From an uncultured Gammaproteobacteria bacterium (GTDB taxonomy: Bacteria > Patescibacteriota > Microgenomatia > Daviesbacterales > UBA10151), in the NCBI GenBank assembly GCA_964500725.1, contig CAZCNP010000002.1:197347-261346 (forward strand): a DNA stretch of 64,000 bases, read 5' to 3'. Below the pieces are notes generated by a model, which was not told where the DNA came from, did no database searches, and saw nothing but the letters and a program-made list of their open reading frames with translations. Positions 37,372 to 46,903 of the stretch are shown here, piece by piece. The position numbers and the translations under genes are program-made. Each line of letters starts with the position of its first letter. Within the stretch, counting starts at the first letter, position 1.

Positions 37372-39069
37372 ATGCGACTTGTTTGTATCAAAATATTTTT
37401 CCTAGTTTTTTTTGCAGCTATTTTAATGAGGTTGTTTTATTGGCAGGTTGTTAAGGCTGATTATTTACAATCCCAAGCAGAAGGCCAATATTTTACCAGA
37501 ACAAAAATAGATGCTACCCGAGGAAATATCTATTTTTCAGATGGATCAATTTTAGTTTCTTCCAACCCAGTTTTTTCTTTATATGGTTTGCCTAAAGCTA
37601 TTAAGGCAGATAAAAAAGTGGATATAGGTTATACCCTAGCTAGGATCCTTTATCCTGAGGTTCAGGACCGTGATGATTTTGCCAGAGATTTAATAAACAA
37701 ATTATCACAAGACCTTTACTGGGTTCAGCTGGCTAAAAATGTTTCTATAGAACAGAAAAAGCAAATTGAGGATTTAAATTTGTATGGAGTTGGTTTTGAT
37801 CAAAGTAGAAGTAGGTTTTATCCTGAAGGGTCATCATCAGCTCATTTACTGGGGTTTTTAGGTTCAGATGCTAATGGGGCAGGCAAAGGTTATTTTGGAT
37901 TGGAAGGATATTATGACGGTGAATTAAGAGGTATATCTGGGGTTTTAAGGCATGAAAAAGATGCTATGGGACTACCTATTTTAATAGGTGATTTTTTAAC
38001 CAACAAGGCGAGAAATGGAAAAGATTTAAGTTTGTATATTGATCGTTCGATTCAGTTTATAGCGGAAAAAAGTTTGAAGCTTGGAATGGAAAAGTATGGG
38101 GCCAAAAAGGGATTGGTGTTGGTGATGGATCCTAAAACTGGAGGGATTTTGGCACTCTCAGCATTTCCCAGTTATGACCCTGCAAAATTTTATGATTTTC
38201 CAAAAGAGTTTTATAAAAACATAGCTGTTGCAGACCAATATGAGCCAGGATCAACCTTTAAGGTGCTGGTAATGGCAGCTGCTTTAAATGAGGGTGTTGT
38301 CAAATCAGATACCAAATGTGATATTTGTTCAGGACCTGTTGTGTCCTCTGGGTTTACCATCAGAACTTGGAATAATAAGTATTACCCTGATGCGACCATG
38401 AAGGATGCAATAGTGCATTCTGATAATACGGGGATGGTTTATGCAGGCAGGAAGTTAGGTTTGGATAAATTTTATTCATATTTGGAGGATTTTGGATTTG
38501 GGCAGCCAACAAATATTGATTTGCAGGATGAGTCTTCACCAGAAATCCGATCTAAAGATAGCTGGAGGGAGATAGATTTGGCAACAGCATCTTTTGGACA
38601 GGGAATTGCGGTGACCCCAATTCAGATGATTACAGCAATTTCTGCAATAGCCAATGGGGGAAATTTGATGCAGCCTCAAATAGTCAAAGAAATAAAAGAT
38701 GATCAAAAAACTTATCAAATCAAACCCAGGATTATAAGCCAGGTGATAAAAGAGGCAACAGCATTACAAATAAAAGAGATGATGGTAGCAGCAGTGGATG
38801 AGGGGGAAGCCAAGTTTGCAAAACCTAAGGGGTTTAGGATTGCTGGTAAAACTGGAACTGCACAGATTCCTGTTGCAGGGCATTATGATCCTAATAAAAC
38901 TATAGCCTCATTTGTGGGGTTTGCTCCAGCTGATGATCCTAAGTTTGTGATGTTAGTAAGGTATGATGAGCCGTCATCATCTATCTTTGGAGCTGAAACA
39001 GCAGCGCCTACATTTTTTGAAATAGCAAAACAACTTTTACTTTATTACAAAATTGTTCCAACAGAGTAA
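37372..39069 (+). CDS. ftsI: Penicillin-binding protein (FtsI/PBP2-type class B transpeptidase)
   Basis: SxxK (GSTFKVL), SxN (HSDNTG), KTG (AGKTGTAQ) motifs; N-terminal TM. Confidence 0.85.
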   Translation: MRLVCIKIFFLVFFAAILMRLFYWQVVKADYLQSQAEGQYFTRTKIDATRGNIYFSDGSILVSSNPVFSLYGLPKAIKADKKVDIGYTLARILYPEVQDRDDFARDLINKLSQDLYWVQLAKNVSIEQKKQIEDLNLYGVGFDQSRSRFYPEGSSSAHLLGFLGSDANGAGKGYFGLEGYYDGELRGISGVLRHEKDAMGLPILIGDFLTNKARNGKDLSLYIDRSIQFIAEKSLKLGMEKYGAKKGLVLVMDPKTGGILALSAFPSYDPAKFYDFPKEFYKNIAVADQYEPGSTFKVLVMAAALNEGVVKSDTKCDICSGPVVSSGFTIRTWNNKYYPDATMKDAIVHSDNTGMVYAGRKLGLDKFYSYLEDFGFGQPTNIDLQDESSPEIRSKDSWREIDLATASFGQGIAVTPIQMITAISAIANGGNLMQPQIVKEIKDDQKTYQIKPRIISQVIKEATALQIKEMMVAAVDEGEAKFAKPKGFRIAGKTGTAQIPVAGHYDPNKTIASFVGFAPADDPKFVMLVRYDEPSSSIFGAETAAPTFFEIAKQLLLYYKIVPTE

Positions 39070-39130
39070 TTGTTAGATTAATATTATTTGTAAATTGGGG
39101 TATGTTAGTTATAATAAACCTCACTAAGTT

Positions 39131-40318
39131 ATGAAAAAATTAATTAAAAATATTCTTTCTCAGGAATTTATTAACAACTTTTATCATCTTCCAAAGGCTG
39201 TTTTGGCAAATATTATCTATGGCTCCCCTACCAGGGGAATGAAGGTTGTGGGGGTAACAGGAACTGATGGAAAAACTACCACAACTAATATGATTTATGA
39301 GGTTTTAAAAGCTGCTGGTAAAAAGGTTTCTATGGTTTCTACAGTTAATGCTGTTGTTGGAGGAAAAGCTTTTGATACAGGGTTTCATGTGACCTCTCCT
39401 GATCCATTTGCTGTGCAAAAGTTTGCCAAACTTGCTAAAGAGAGCAATGCTGAGTATTTGGTGCTGGAGGCAACTTCTCATGCTTTGGACCAGTATAGAT
39501 TTTGGGGAATAAAATTTGATATGGGGGTAATTACTAATATTACTCATGAGCATTTGGATTATCATAAAACTTTTGACAATTACCAAAAGATCAAACTTAC
39601 TCTTATTAAAGAAACAGAGTTTGCTATTGTAAATCAAAACATCAAAGGAATTAAAAGAAAAACTATCACATTTGGTTTAGAAAAAGGAGATTTTAACCAA
39701 AAAGAAATTAAATTAAAGCTTAAAGTTTTGGGTGATTACAATATTGAAAATGCTTTGGCAGCTTTAGCTGTAGCTTTTGCTTTAGGGATTAATAAAACAG
39801 TGGCCCAAAGGGCTCTGGAAAATTTTGGAGGAGTAAAAGGAAGGATGGAGGAGGTTAAAAATACTAAAGGGATAAAAATTATAGTAGATTTTGCTCATAC
39901 CCCAAATGCTTTAGAAAATGTTTTAAAAACTTTAAGCAAAGAAACAGCAGGGAGGTTAATTGCTGTGTTTGGGTCTGCGGGAAAAAGGGATGTGGAAAAA
40001 AGAGAGCTTATGGGGGCAATTGCTGGGAAGTTGGCTGATTTAATAGTAGTTACAGCAGAGGATCCAAGGGGGGAGCTAGAAATTATTAATAAACAAATTA
40101 TTAAAGGGGTGGAAAAGAGTGGGAAAAATTTGGGAAGAAGTTTGTTTGTAGAAGCAGACAGAGGTAAGGCAATTAATTTTGCAGTAAATGAATTGGCAAG
40201 AAAAGGGGATACTGTAGGAATTTTTGGTAAAGGACATGAGGGGTCTATGAATTTAGATGGAAAGAAGGAGATTCCATGGTCGGATGTAGATGTTGTTAAG
40301 CAAATATTAGACAACTAG
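39131..40318 (+). CDS. murE: Mur ligase, probably MurE (UDP-MurNAc-tripeptide synthetase), lacking the usual N-terminal domain
   Basis: P-loop VVGVTGTDGKTTTTNMI, the central Mur ligase domain and a C-terminal domain; only 395 aa; position after ftsI. Confidence 0.6.
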   Translation: MKKLIKNILSQEFINNFYHLPKAVLANIIYGSPTRGMKVVGVTGTDGKTTTTNMIYEVLKAAGKKVSMVSTVNAVVGGKAFDTGFHVTSPDPFAVQKFAKLAKESNAEYLVLEATSHALDQYRFWGIKFDMGVITNITHEHLDYHKTFDNYQKIKLTLIKETEFAIVNQNIKGIKRKTITFGLEKGDFNQKEIKLKLKVLGDYNIENALAALAVAFALGINKTVAQRALENFGGVKGRMEEVKNTKGIKIIVDFAHTPNALENVLKTLSKETAGRLIAVFGSAGKRDVEKRELMGAIAGKLADLIVVTAEDPRGELEIINKQIIKGVEKSGKNLGRSLFVEADRGKAINFAVNELARKGDTVGIFGKGHEGSMNLDGKKEIPWSDVDVVKQILDN

Positions 40319-40323
40319 CCACA

Positions 40324-40493
40324 GTACAAAAAATCGCTCGCACTATAAGCAGAGCTTTCCTTTTTGGCTTCGCCAAAAACGTAGAGATTTGCTCGCTTGG
40401 TGGCAATTTTGTCATATAGAATAAACTCGATTCATTGAGTTTGCTGATACAAAATTGTCAACATTTTTTGTTTACTTGTGGCTTCGTTGTCCG
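40324..40493 (+). repeat. Copy B (longest) of the repeated intergenic element, upstream of the murB fragment. Contains an internal perfect hairpin TTTTTGGC-TTC-GCCAAAAA.
   Basis: Shares GTACAAAAAATCGCTCGCAC, TTGCTCGCTTGGTG, CTCGATTCATTGAGTT, ACATTTTTTGTTTAC with copy C. Confidence 0.6.
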
Positions 40494-40515
40494 TTATCGT
40501 GTAACTTGATTAAAT

Positions 40516-41100
40516 ATGGACTCGAAATACAAGTTGATAATTGATTCTTTTGGTAAAGATAGGTTTAAATTTAATGAGCCTTTGAAAGATTATACTGCCT
40601 TGCAGGTAGGTGGGCCTGCAAAACTTTTTTTTATTGCTTTTACTGACAGGGAACTTATTAAAATAGTAGGGATGTGCAGAGATTTAAATCTTCCATTCTT
40701 TCTTTTCGGCACAGGCAGCAAAATAATGATTTCTGATGCAGGATTTAACGGATTGGTCATAAAAAACAGGACCAAAAATATCCAAACAATTTCTGTTAAA
40801 GGCAAAGTTACAAAGTATGGTATAGGTGTAGCTGAAGCCTTAATAGAGGTGGAATCAGGGGTCAGTATAAAAAAATGGATAGAGTATTTAGATTCTCAGG
40901 GTTTAGAATCAGCTGAGTTTAAAAGTATTCCAGGAAGTATTGGAGGAAGTTTGCTGATCAGCAGGTTTTTGCAAAACCGCATCAAAAATATTAAAGTATT
41001 AGACTTAAAATCAGAAGTGGAGGAAATTGATATTGAGACTTTAAGTCCAAAAAAGCATATAATAATATCAGCTGTTTTTAGGATTAAAGCCAAAGGATAA
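40516..41100 (+). CDS. murB: UDP-N-acetylenolpyruvoylglucosamine reductase MurB, FAD-binding N-terminal part only (C-terminal catalytic subdomain absent)
   Basis: YTALQVGGPAKLFFIAFTDRELIKIV...LPFFLFGTGSKIMISDAGFNGLVI...IPGSIGGSL match the MurB FAD-binding domain and hinge. The ORF stops at 194 aa and murA starts 6 nt later. Confidence 0.6.
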   Translation: MDSKYKLIIDSFGKDRFKFNEPLKDYTALQVGGPAKLFFIAFTDRELIKIVGMCRDLNLPFFLFGTGSKIMISDAGFNGLVIKNRTKNIQTISVKGKVTKYGIGVAEALIEVESGVSIKKWIEYLDSQGLESAEFKSIPGSIGGSLLISRFLQNRIKNIKVLDLKSEVEEIDIETLSPKKHIIISAVFRIKAKG

Positions 41101-41105
41101 GAAAG

Positions 41106-42368
41106 ATGAAATACATTATTAATGGTGGTCATGCACTTAAGGGACGGATTCATATATCGGGAAATAAAAACTCGGTTTTCCCTTGTATTGCTGCAGCGTT
41201 ACTCACTGACGAAGAAGTAGTGTTGGAGAATATTTCAGATTTAAAAGATACGCAAGTTTTAATACAAATCTTAAAAAGATTAGGGGTTGAGGCAAAGCAG
41301 TCAGATTCAAAAGTTGTAATTGCCGCATCAGAAATAAAACGTTTTAGTTTGCCTGAGGATTTAATGTTAAAGCTTAGAGGATCAATAGTTTTAGTGGGAG
41401 CGCTCTTGGGCAGATTGGGAAGGGTAAATTTTTACCATCCTGGGGGAGACATTATTGGTAAAAGAAGCATTGAAACTCATATTGAAGGCTTTAAGGCACT
41501 AGGGGCAGAGATTAAAAGAAACGACTTAAAATATGCTTTAGATTTACCCCAAAAGACACAGGGTGAGGTAATTGATATTTTCCTTTCGGAAGCCTCAGTT
41601 ACTGCTACAGAAAATCTAATTTTGGCATCAGTTTTAAGTAAAAACATTGTGACTTTAAGAAATTGCGCTAAAGAACCGCATATTCTGGATTTAACTCAAA
41701 TGTTAATTCAGATGGGAGCAAAGATTGAAGGAGCAGGTACTGACACTTTAAAAATTACTGGAGTTGAAAAGTTGAGAGGCACTAAGTTTTCAATTGGAGC
41801 AGATTATATAGAGGCTGGTACCTATATTGTGGCTGCTGCTATTACAGGAGGGGAAATAAAAATAGAGGGATTAGGTAATGCTTTTTTGGAACCAGCCTTT
41901 GTGCCACTTCGAGAATTTGGAGTAAATATTCAAAACATTGATGGTGCTATTTTAGTACAACCCTCGAAATTAAAATCTATTTCCAAGCTGGTAACTAATA
42001 TTTGGCCAGGGTTTCCTACAGATTTGATGAGTGTAGCAATAGTGCTGGCTACTCAAGCCCGCGGGATGACTTTGTGCCATGATTGGATGTATGAGGGCAG
42101 GATGTTTTTTATAGATAAACTTATAAATATGGGAGCAAAAATTACTTTGGCAGATCCGCACAGGGTATTGGTTTATGGTCCAAGCAGGTTAAGAGGAAGG
42201 GATTTAGAGAGTCCAGATATTAGAGCAGGGATGGCTTTGGTGGTAGCAGCTTTGGCAGCCAAGGGTCAAAGTACTATTTGTCAGGCAGAGCTTATTGAAA
42301 GAGGGTATGAGGATGTAGTAGAAAAGTTAAGAAGTTTAGGTGTAGAAATCAAAAGAGTTGAAAAGTAA
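41106..42368 (+). CDS. murA: UDP-N-acetylglucosamine 1-carboxyvinyltransferase MurA (Asp at the catalytic Cys115 position)
   Basis: ISGNKNSVFPCIAAALLTDEEVVLENISDLKDTQ...; the active-site loop reads HPGGDIIGKRS where E. coli has PGGCAIGARP. Confidence 0.85.
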   Translation: MKYIINGGHALKGRIHISGNKNSVFPCIAAALLTDEEVVLENISDLKDTQVLIQILKRLGVEAKQSDSKVVIAASEIKRFSLPEDLMLKLRGSIVLVGALLGRLGRVNFYHPGGDIIGKRSIETHIEGFKALGAEIKRNDLKYALDLPQKTQGEVIDIFLSEASVTATENLILASVLSKNIVTLRNCAKEPHILDLTQMLIQMGAKIEGAGTDTLKITGVEKLRGTKFSIGADYIEAGTYIVAAAITGGEIKIEGLGNAFLEPAFVPLREFGVNIQNIDGAILVQPSKLKSISKLVTNIWPGFPTDLMSVAIVLATQARGMTLCHDWMYEGRMFFIDKLINMGAKITLADPHRVLVYGPSRLRGRDLESPDIRAGMALVVAALAAKGQSTICQAELIERGYEDVVEKLRSLGVEIKRVEK

Positions 42369-42371
42369 ATT

Positions 42372-43571
42372 ATGGATATTGCAAAACATCCAATTTGGAA
42401 CCAGGTAACTCCTTATAAAACAAAAATCCCTAAGTTTAAAAAACCCCTTCATCTTTTAAAAATATATCTTGCCAAACAGTATGCCAAGTTTTTCCCTGCT
42501 GAAAACTTTATTGGTGTTACTGGGTCTGTGGGAAAAACTACTTGCGTAATAGCATGCACAGCAGTGTTGTCCCAAAAATATAAAACCTTGGTCACTAAAT
42601 CTAATCTAGACCCTATTTTAAATATCCCCTCTACCCTGCTTAAATTAAATCCATCTATCAAAAAAGTAGTTTTGGAAATGGGGATTGAATATAAGGGAGA
42701 AATGGATTTTTATCTTTCCTTGGTTAGGCCAAAAGTTGCTGTTGTTACCAGAATTGCTTATGCGCATAATGAATATCTTGGTGATATAAATGAAATTCTA
42801 CAAGAAAAAGGAAAGCTTGTGGAAAGCTTGGATGAAGATGGGATGGCTATTTTAAACTATGATGATCCAAATTCAAAGAAGTTAGCCCCTCTTTGTAAGG
42901 GAACTGTAGTTTATTATGGTACTGATCCCAAAAATTGCACAGTTTGGGCAGGTAACTCCAAAATAGAAAATTTTGCAACTACTTTTGAGCTAAACCTGGG
43001 AGTGGAAAGAGTTAAAGTAAACTATAAACTATTAGGATTTCATCAAATTTATCCAGCGTTGGCAGCAGCAGCTTTAGGAGTGATATCTGGTGTTCCTTTA
43101 ACAAAAATCAAATTTGGTCTGGAATCAATTGAACCATCAGAGCATCGCTTACAAGTAGTGCAGGGGCCAAATGGTTCACTAATTTTGGATGATACTTATA
43201 ATTCTTCACCAAGCGCTGTGGAAGGGGCAATTGATACACTATTGGCAATGCCTGCCAGAAGAAGAGTGGTAGTTTTGGGAGAGATGAGGGAGCTTGGATC
43301 ATTTTCTGAAAATTTACATAGGCAGATGGCCAGAAGGATTTATAAAGAAAAAATTGATTTAGTATTTTTAGGCCAAGGGGATGCAGTTTTTATTACTGAT
43401 GAGTTAAAAAATTTAGGTTTTTGGGAAGAAAGGGTAGAATCTAATTTACAAAACTCCCAGCTTGTTTCAAAACTTTTAAAAACTTTAGGTAAAGGTGATG
43501 TTTGTTTGATTAAAGGGTCAAGAGCAGTTAGACTGGATGAGGTAGTCAAAAGAATAGCAAAGAAGAGTTAG
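42372..43571 (+). CDS. murF: Mur ligase, probably MurF (D-Ala-D-Ala adding enzyme), N-terminally minimal
   Basis: FIGVTGSVGKTTCV...PKVAVVTRIAYAHNEYLGDINEILQEKGKLVESLDEDGMAILNYDDP...DDTYNSSPSAVEGA is a MurF-like pattern; position before mraY. Confidence 0.6.
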   Translation: MDIAKHPIWNQVTPYKTKIPKFKKPLHLLKIYLAKQYAKFFPAENFIGVTGSVGKTTCVIACTAVLSQKYKTLVTKSNLDPILNIPSTLLKLNPSIKKVVLEMGIEYKGEMDFYLSLVRPKVAVVTRIAYAHNEYLGDINEILQEKGKLVESLDEDGMAILNYDDPNSKKLAPLCKGTVVYYGTDPKNCTVWAGNSKIENFATTFELNLGVERVKVNYKLLGFHQIYPALAAAALGVISGVPLTKIKFGLESIEPSEHRLQVVQGPNGSLILDDTYNSSPSAVEGAIDTLLAMPARRRVVVLGEMRELGSFSENLHRQMARRIYKEKIDLVFLGQGDAVFITDELKNLGFWEERVESNLQNSQLVSKLLKTLGKGDVCLIKGSRAVRLDEVVKRIAKKS

Positions 43572-43639
43572 TTGGTTAGTTCGTTCATAGTTAGTTCGAA
43601 TACTAACTAACGAATCACCAACTAACGAACTAACTAATT
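43572..43639. repeat. Imperfect long inverted repeat built from TTAGTTCG / CGAACTAA units (possible terminator/attenuator between murF and mraY)
   Basis: ttggttagttcgttcatagttagttcgaatactaactaacgaatcaccaactaacgaactaactaa read directly. Confidence 0.4.
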
Positions 43640-44647
43640 ATGACACAGCTTTTAGGATTAGTATTACTTTCATTTATTGTGACATCTATTTTTATGGTGC
43701 CTTTTATTGATTTTTTATTTTATTTAAAAAGGCGTTTTGAGAAAAATAAACAAAATAAGCAAAAGTCTGAAACCCCAATACATGATCGGTTAATGAAGGG
43801 AGATATAGATACTCCATCTGGGGGAGGAATACTTCTTGTTTTAATTTTGGTAGTTTTGAGTGTTCTCTATACTATTTTTACCCCAAGCCCTGATAAAGTT
43901 AGTTTGGTAATTTTACTTTTTACAATTGTTTCTTTTGGTTCCCTTGGACTTACTGATGATATAAAACTTATTTTAACCAGAAGGCAGGGGAAGTTTTTAG
44001 GGCTTGGAAGAAAACAAATGCTTTTGGCTCAAGTCACTTTTGCCCTGCTTATTTCTACCATGCTTTATTTTTGGGGAGGGTTAAACAATATTTATATTTC
44101 TGGACTGGGGAATCTTATTATTGATCTTTGGTATATTCCCCTTGCTGCTTTTGTAATTGTTGCCTTTGCCAATGCTTACAATATTTCTGATGGGTTAGAC
44201 GGGCTATCTGCAGGGCTTTTACTTATATGTTTGTTTGCCTTTTTGGCGCTAACTGCTAGAAATTTGGATTTAACACTGGCTTCATTTGTCGGAATTTGGA
44301 TTGGGATATTATTTTCATATTTATATTTTAATGTCTGGCCTGCCAGGATTTTTTTAGGTGATGCAGGAGCTTTTGCTTTTGGGGCAACTCTGGCAGTAGT
44401 CGGGTTACTTACTGGTAAGATTTTAGCTTTAGCAATAATTGGAGGGATGTTTATTGTGATTGTGGCATCATCTTTGCTTCAGATACTTTCTAAGAAATTC
44501 TTAAACAAAAAAGTTTTGCCTGTTGCTCCTATTCATATGTACTTTAAATATATTGGTTGGGAAGAACCCAAAATAGTCAGCAGGTTTTGGTTGGCTGGGG
44601 GAGTATTTGCAATTTTAGGTTTGTGGATAGCTTTAATTTCACGCTAG
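43640..44647 (+). CDS. mraY: Phospho-N-acetylmuramoyl-pentapeptide transferase MraY
   Basis: NAYNISDGLDGL and IFLGDAGAFAFG motifs; polytopic. Confidence 0.9.
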   Translation: MTQLLGLVLLSFIVTSIFMVPFIDFLFYLKRRFEKNKQNKQKSETPIHDRLMKGDIDTPSGGGILLVLILVVLSVLYTIFTPSPDKVSLVILLFTIVSFGSLGLTDDIKLILTRRQGKFLGLGRKQMLLAQVTFALLISTMLYFWGGLNNIYISGLGNLIIDLWYIPLAAFVIVAFANAYNISDGLDGLSAGLLLICLFAFLALTARNLDLTLASFVGIWIGILFSYLYFNVWPARIFLGDAGAFAFGATLAVVGLLTGKILALAIIGGMFIVIVASSLLQILSKKFLNKKVLPVAPIHMYFKYIGWEEPKIVSRFWLAGGVFAILGLWIALISR

Positions 44648-44651
44648 AGAT

Positions 44652-45752
44652 ATGGGTTTTAAAAAGGTAAATCTTTTTTCTCAAACACAAAAACCAGATT
44701 TGTCGTTACTTTTAGTTACTGCTCTTTTGGTAATTTTTGGATTGCTGATTGTTTATGACAGTTCAGCAATTTCTGCTTTTAGAGATTTTGATGACAGCTA
44801 CTATTATATAAAGCAGCAAATTATTTGGACTGTTTTAGGAACAATTTCTTTGTTATTTTTTTCCAAATTTAACTATAATAAATTCCGCTTTCTGGCTGTT
44901 CCTATGCTTTTGGGGTCTTTAGGGCTATTGCTGGCAGTTTTTATTCCCGGGCTTGGGGTGGCAGGAGGAGGAGCTCACCGTTGGTTAAGATTGGGGGGGA
45001 TTACAATCCAGCCTGCTGAAATTATTAAATTAACATCAGTTATATATTTGTCTGTGCTATTTGAGAAAAGGGTTAAACTCATCCCCTTCTTAGTTTTGGT
45101 GGCAGGGGTTTCGGGAGTAACAGCTGTTTTGCAGAAGGATTTAGGGACTACAATTGTTTTTGCAACTACATCTGCTTTTATATATTTTGCAGCAGGAGGA
45201 ACTCTTTGGCATTTTGTTGCAGCTGTTCCTGCAATTGTGGCAGCTTTGGCATTTTTAATATTTACCTCAAGCTATAGAAGCAAAAGAATTATGGCTTTTT
45301 TGGATCCATTTGCTGATCCCCAAGGCTATACTTATCATATTTTTCAAGTATTGCTGGCTTTGGGATCAGGAGGATTATTTGGATTGGGGTTAGGCCAGTC
45401 CAGGCAAAAATTTCAATATATCCCAGAGGTTTCTACAGACTCTATATTTGGGATTGTAGGGGAGGAGCTGGGATTTTTGGGAGGCAGCTTGTTAATAGGA
45501 CTATTTATTTTTCTAATATTAAGAGGGTTGAGGATTGCCAAGAATTGTCCAGATAATTTTGGGAAAATATTAGCTGTGGGAATTACATCCTGGTTAGGAA
45601 TTCAGATTATTGTTAATTTGTCTGCCATGACATCACTTTTACCTTTAACAGGGGTACCTCTTCCTTTTATCTCTTATGGAGGATCAGCTTTAGTTGCCAA
45701 CTTAGCTGCAGTAGGTATCTTGCTTAATATTTCCAAATCTAGTCAGGCTTAA
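44652..45752 (+). CDS. ftsW: SEDS-family peptidoglycan glycosyltransferase FtsW
   Basis: SEDS signature with a C-terminal LPLTGVPLPFISYGGS; dcw position between mraY and murG. Confidence 0.8.
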   Translation: MGFKKVNLFSQTQKPDLSLLLVTALLVIFGLLIVYDSSAISAFRDFDDSYYYIKQQIIWTVLGTISLLFFSKFNYNKFRFLAVPMLLGSLGLLLAVFIPGLGVAGGGAHRWLRLGGITIQPAEIIKLTSVIYLSVLFEKRVKLIPFLVLVAGVSGVTAVLQKDLGTTIVFATTSAFIYFAAGGTLWHFVAAVPAIVAALAFLIFTSSYRSKRIMAFLDPFADPQGYTYHIFQVLLALGSGGLFGLGLGQSRQKFQYIPEVSTDSIFGIVGEELGFLGGSLLIGLFIFLILRGLRIAKNCPDNFGKILAVGITSWLGIQIIVNLSAMTSLLPLTGVPLPFISYGGSALVANLAAVGILLNISKSSQA

Positions 45753-45796
45753 TTGTTAAGATTGGATAATAGTACCATATCTAGTATCATTAACAT

Positions 45797-46888
45797 ATGA
45801 AAGTTTTGGTGACTGGAGCTCATTTTACTCCTGCTTTGGCAACAATTGAGGAGTTAAAGAAAATTGATGGGGTAGAGGTAGTATATATAGGAAGAAAGAC
45901 TACTTTAGAGGGGGATAGCAGTCCATCTATTGAATCCCAAGTTTTACCTTCAAAGGGGATTAAGTTTATCCCAATAATTGCTGGAAGACTGCAAAGAAGT
46001 TTTACCCTCTATACTCTCCCCTCTTTGCTAAAAATTCCAATTGGGGTAATACAGTCTATTTTTATTCTTTTGAAAGAAAAGCCAGATGTGGTTTTGTCTT
46101 TTGGAGGGTATGTGGCAGTGCCAGTTGTTTTTATTGCCTGGCTTTTTTCTATTCCTATTATCATTCATGAGCAAACTCTAGTTTCTGGCCTTGCCAATAA
46201 AATCAGCTCTTTTTTTGCAGATAAAATTGCTGTGTCTTTTAAAGAAGGGGAATTTAAAGGAGAAAAGGTAGTTTTAACAGGAAATCCTATCAGGGGTGAG
46301 ATTGCCCAAATTAGTTCTGATCGAAGACAAGAGGGGAAGCTGCCCACTATTTTAGTGATGGGTGGAAATCAAGGATCGCATATTATTAATCTGGCAATAG
46401 AAGGAATTTTAAAAAAGCTGCTAAAAATGTTTGAAGTTTATCATCAGGCTGGTGATTCCAAATATAAAGATTTTGAAAGGTTAGCAGAGTTTAAAAATTC
46501 GGAAAAATTTGGTGAAAGATATATAGTTAAAAAATGGATAGGGCAAGATTACCAGCAAGTTTTACAAAAAGCAGATTTAGTAATTTCCAGGGCAGGAATA
46601 AATACTTTAACAGAACTGGCATATATAGGAAAACCTGCTTTAGTTATTCCTATCCCCTATCTATATCAAAATGAACAGTTAAAAAATGCTAAATTTTTTG
46701 AAAAAAAAGGATTAGTTCAAGTTTTGCCTCAATCAGAGTTAAACCCTGAAGCACTTTATCAAAAAATTAAAAAAATGCTTCATAATTTAGCAGCCTTAAA
46801 GCAGGCAGCCAAAGAAGCAAAGGGAATAGTAATCCCTGATGCTGTCAAAAGACTGGCTTTGGAAACAGTACTGCTTGGTAGATCTTAA
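45797..46888 (+). CDS. murG: UDP-GlcNAc:undecaprenyl-PP-MurNAc-pentapeptide GlcNAc transferase MurG
   Basis: MKVLVTGAHFTPALA...FGGYVAVP...LVMGGNQGSHIIN, GT28 motifs. Confidence 0.85.
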   Translation: MKVLVTGAHFTPALATIEELKKIDGVEVVYIGRKTTLEGDSSPSIESQVLPSKGIKFIPIIAGRLQRSFTLYTLPSLLKIPIGVIQSIFILLKEKPDVVLSFGGYVAVPVVFIAWLFSIPIIIHEQTLVSGLANKISSFFADKIAVSFKEGEFKGEKVVLTGNPIRGEIAQISSDRRQEGKLPTILVMGGNQGSHIINLAIEGILKKLLKMFEVYHQAGDSKYKDFERLAEFKNSEKFGERYIVKKWIGQDYQQVLQKADLVISRAGINTLTELAYIGKPALVIPIPYLYQNEQLKNAKFFEKKGLVQVLPQSELNPEALYQKIKKMLHNLAALKQAAKEAKGIVIPDAVKRLALETVLLGRS

Positions 46889-46903
46889 AGGCGCGCAAAA
46901 ACG

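Noticed and set aside
39305-41153. Antisense ORFs 39305..39637, 39895..40314, 40590..40805, 40896..41153
   Set aside because: They are embedded antisense to murE and murB, which have clear family signatures. No start-site or RBS support.
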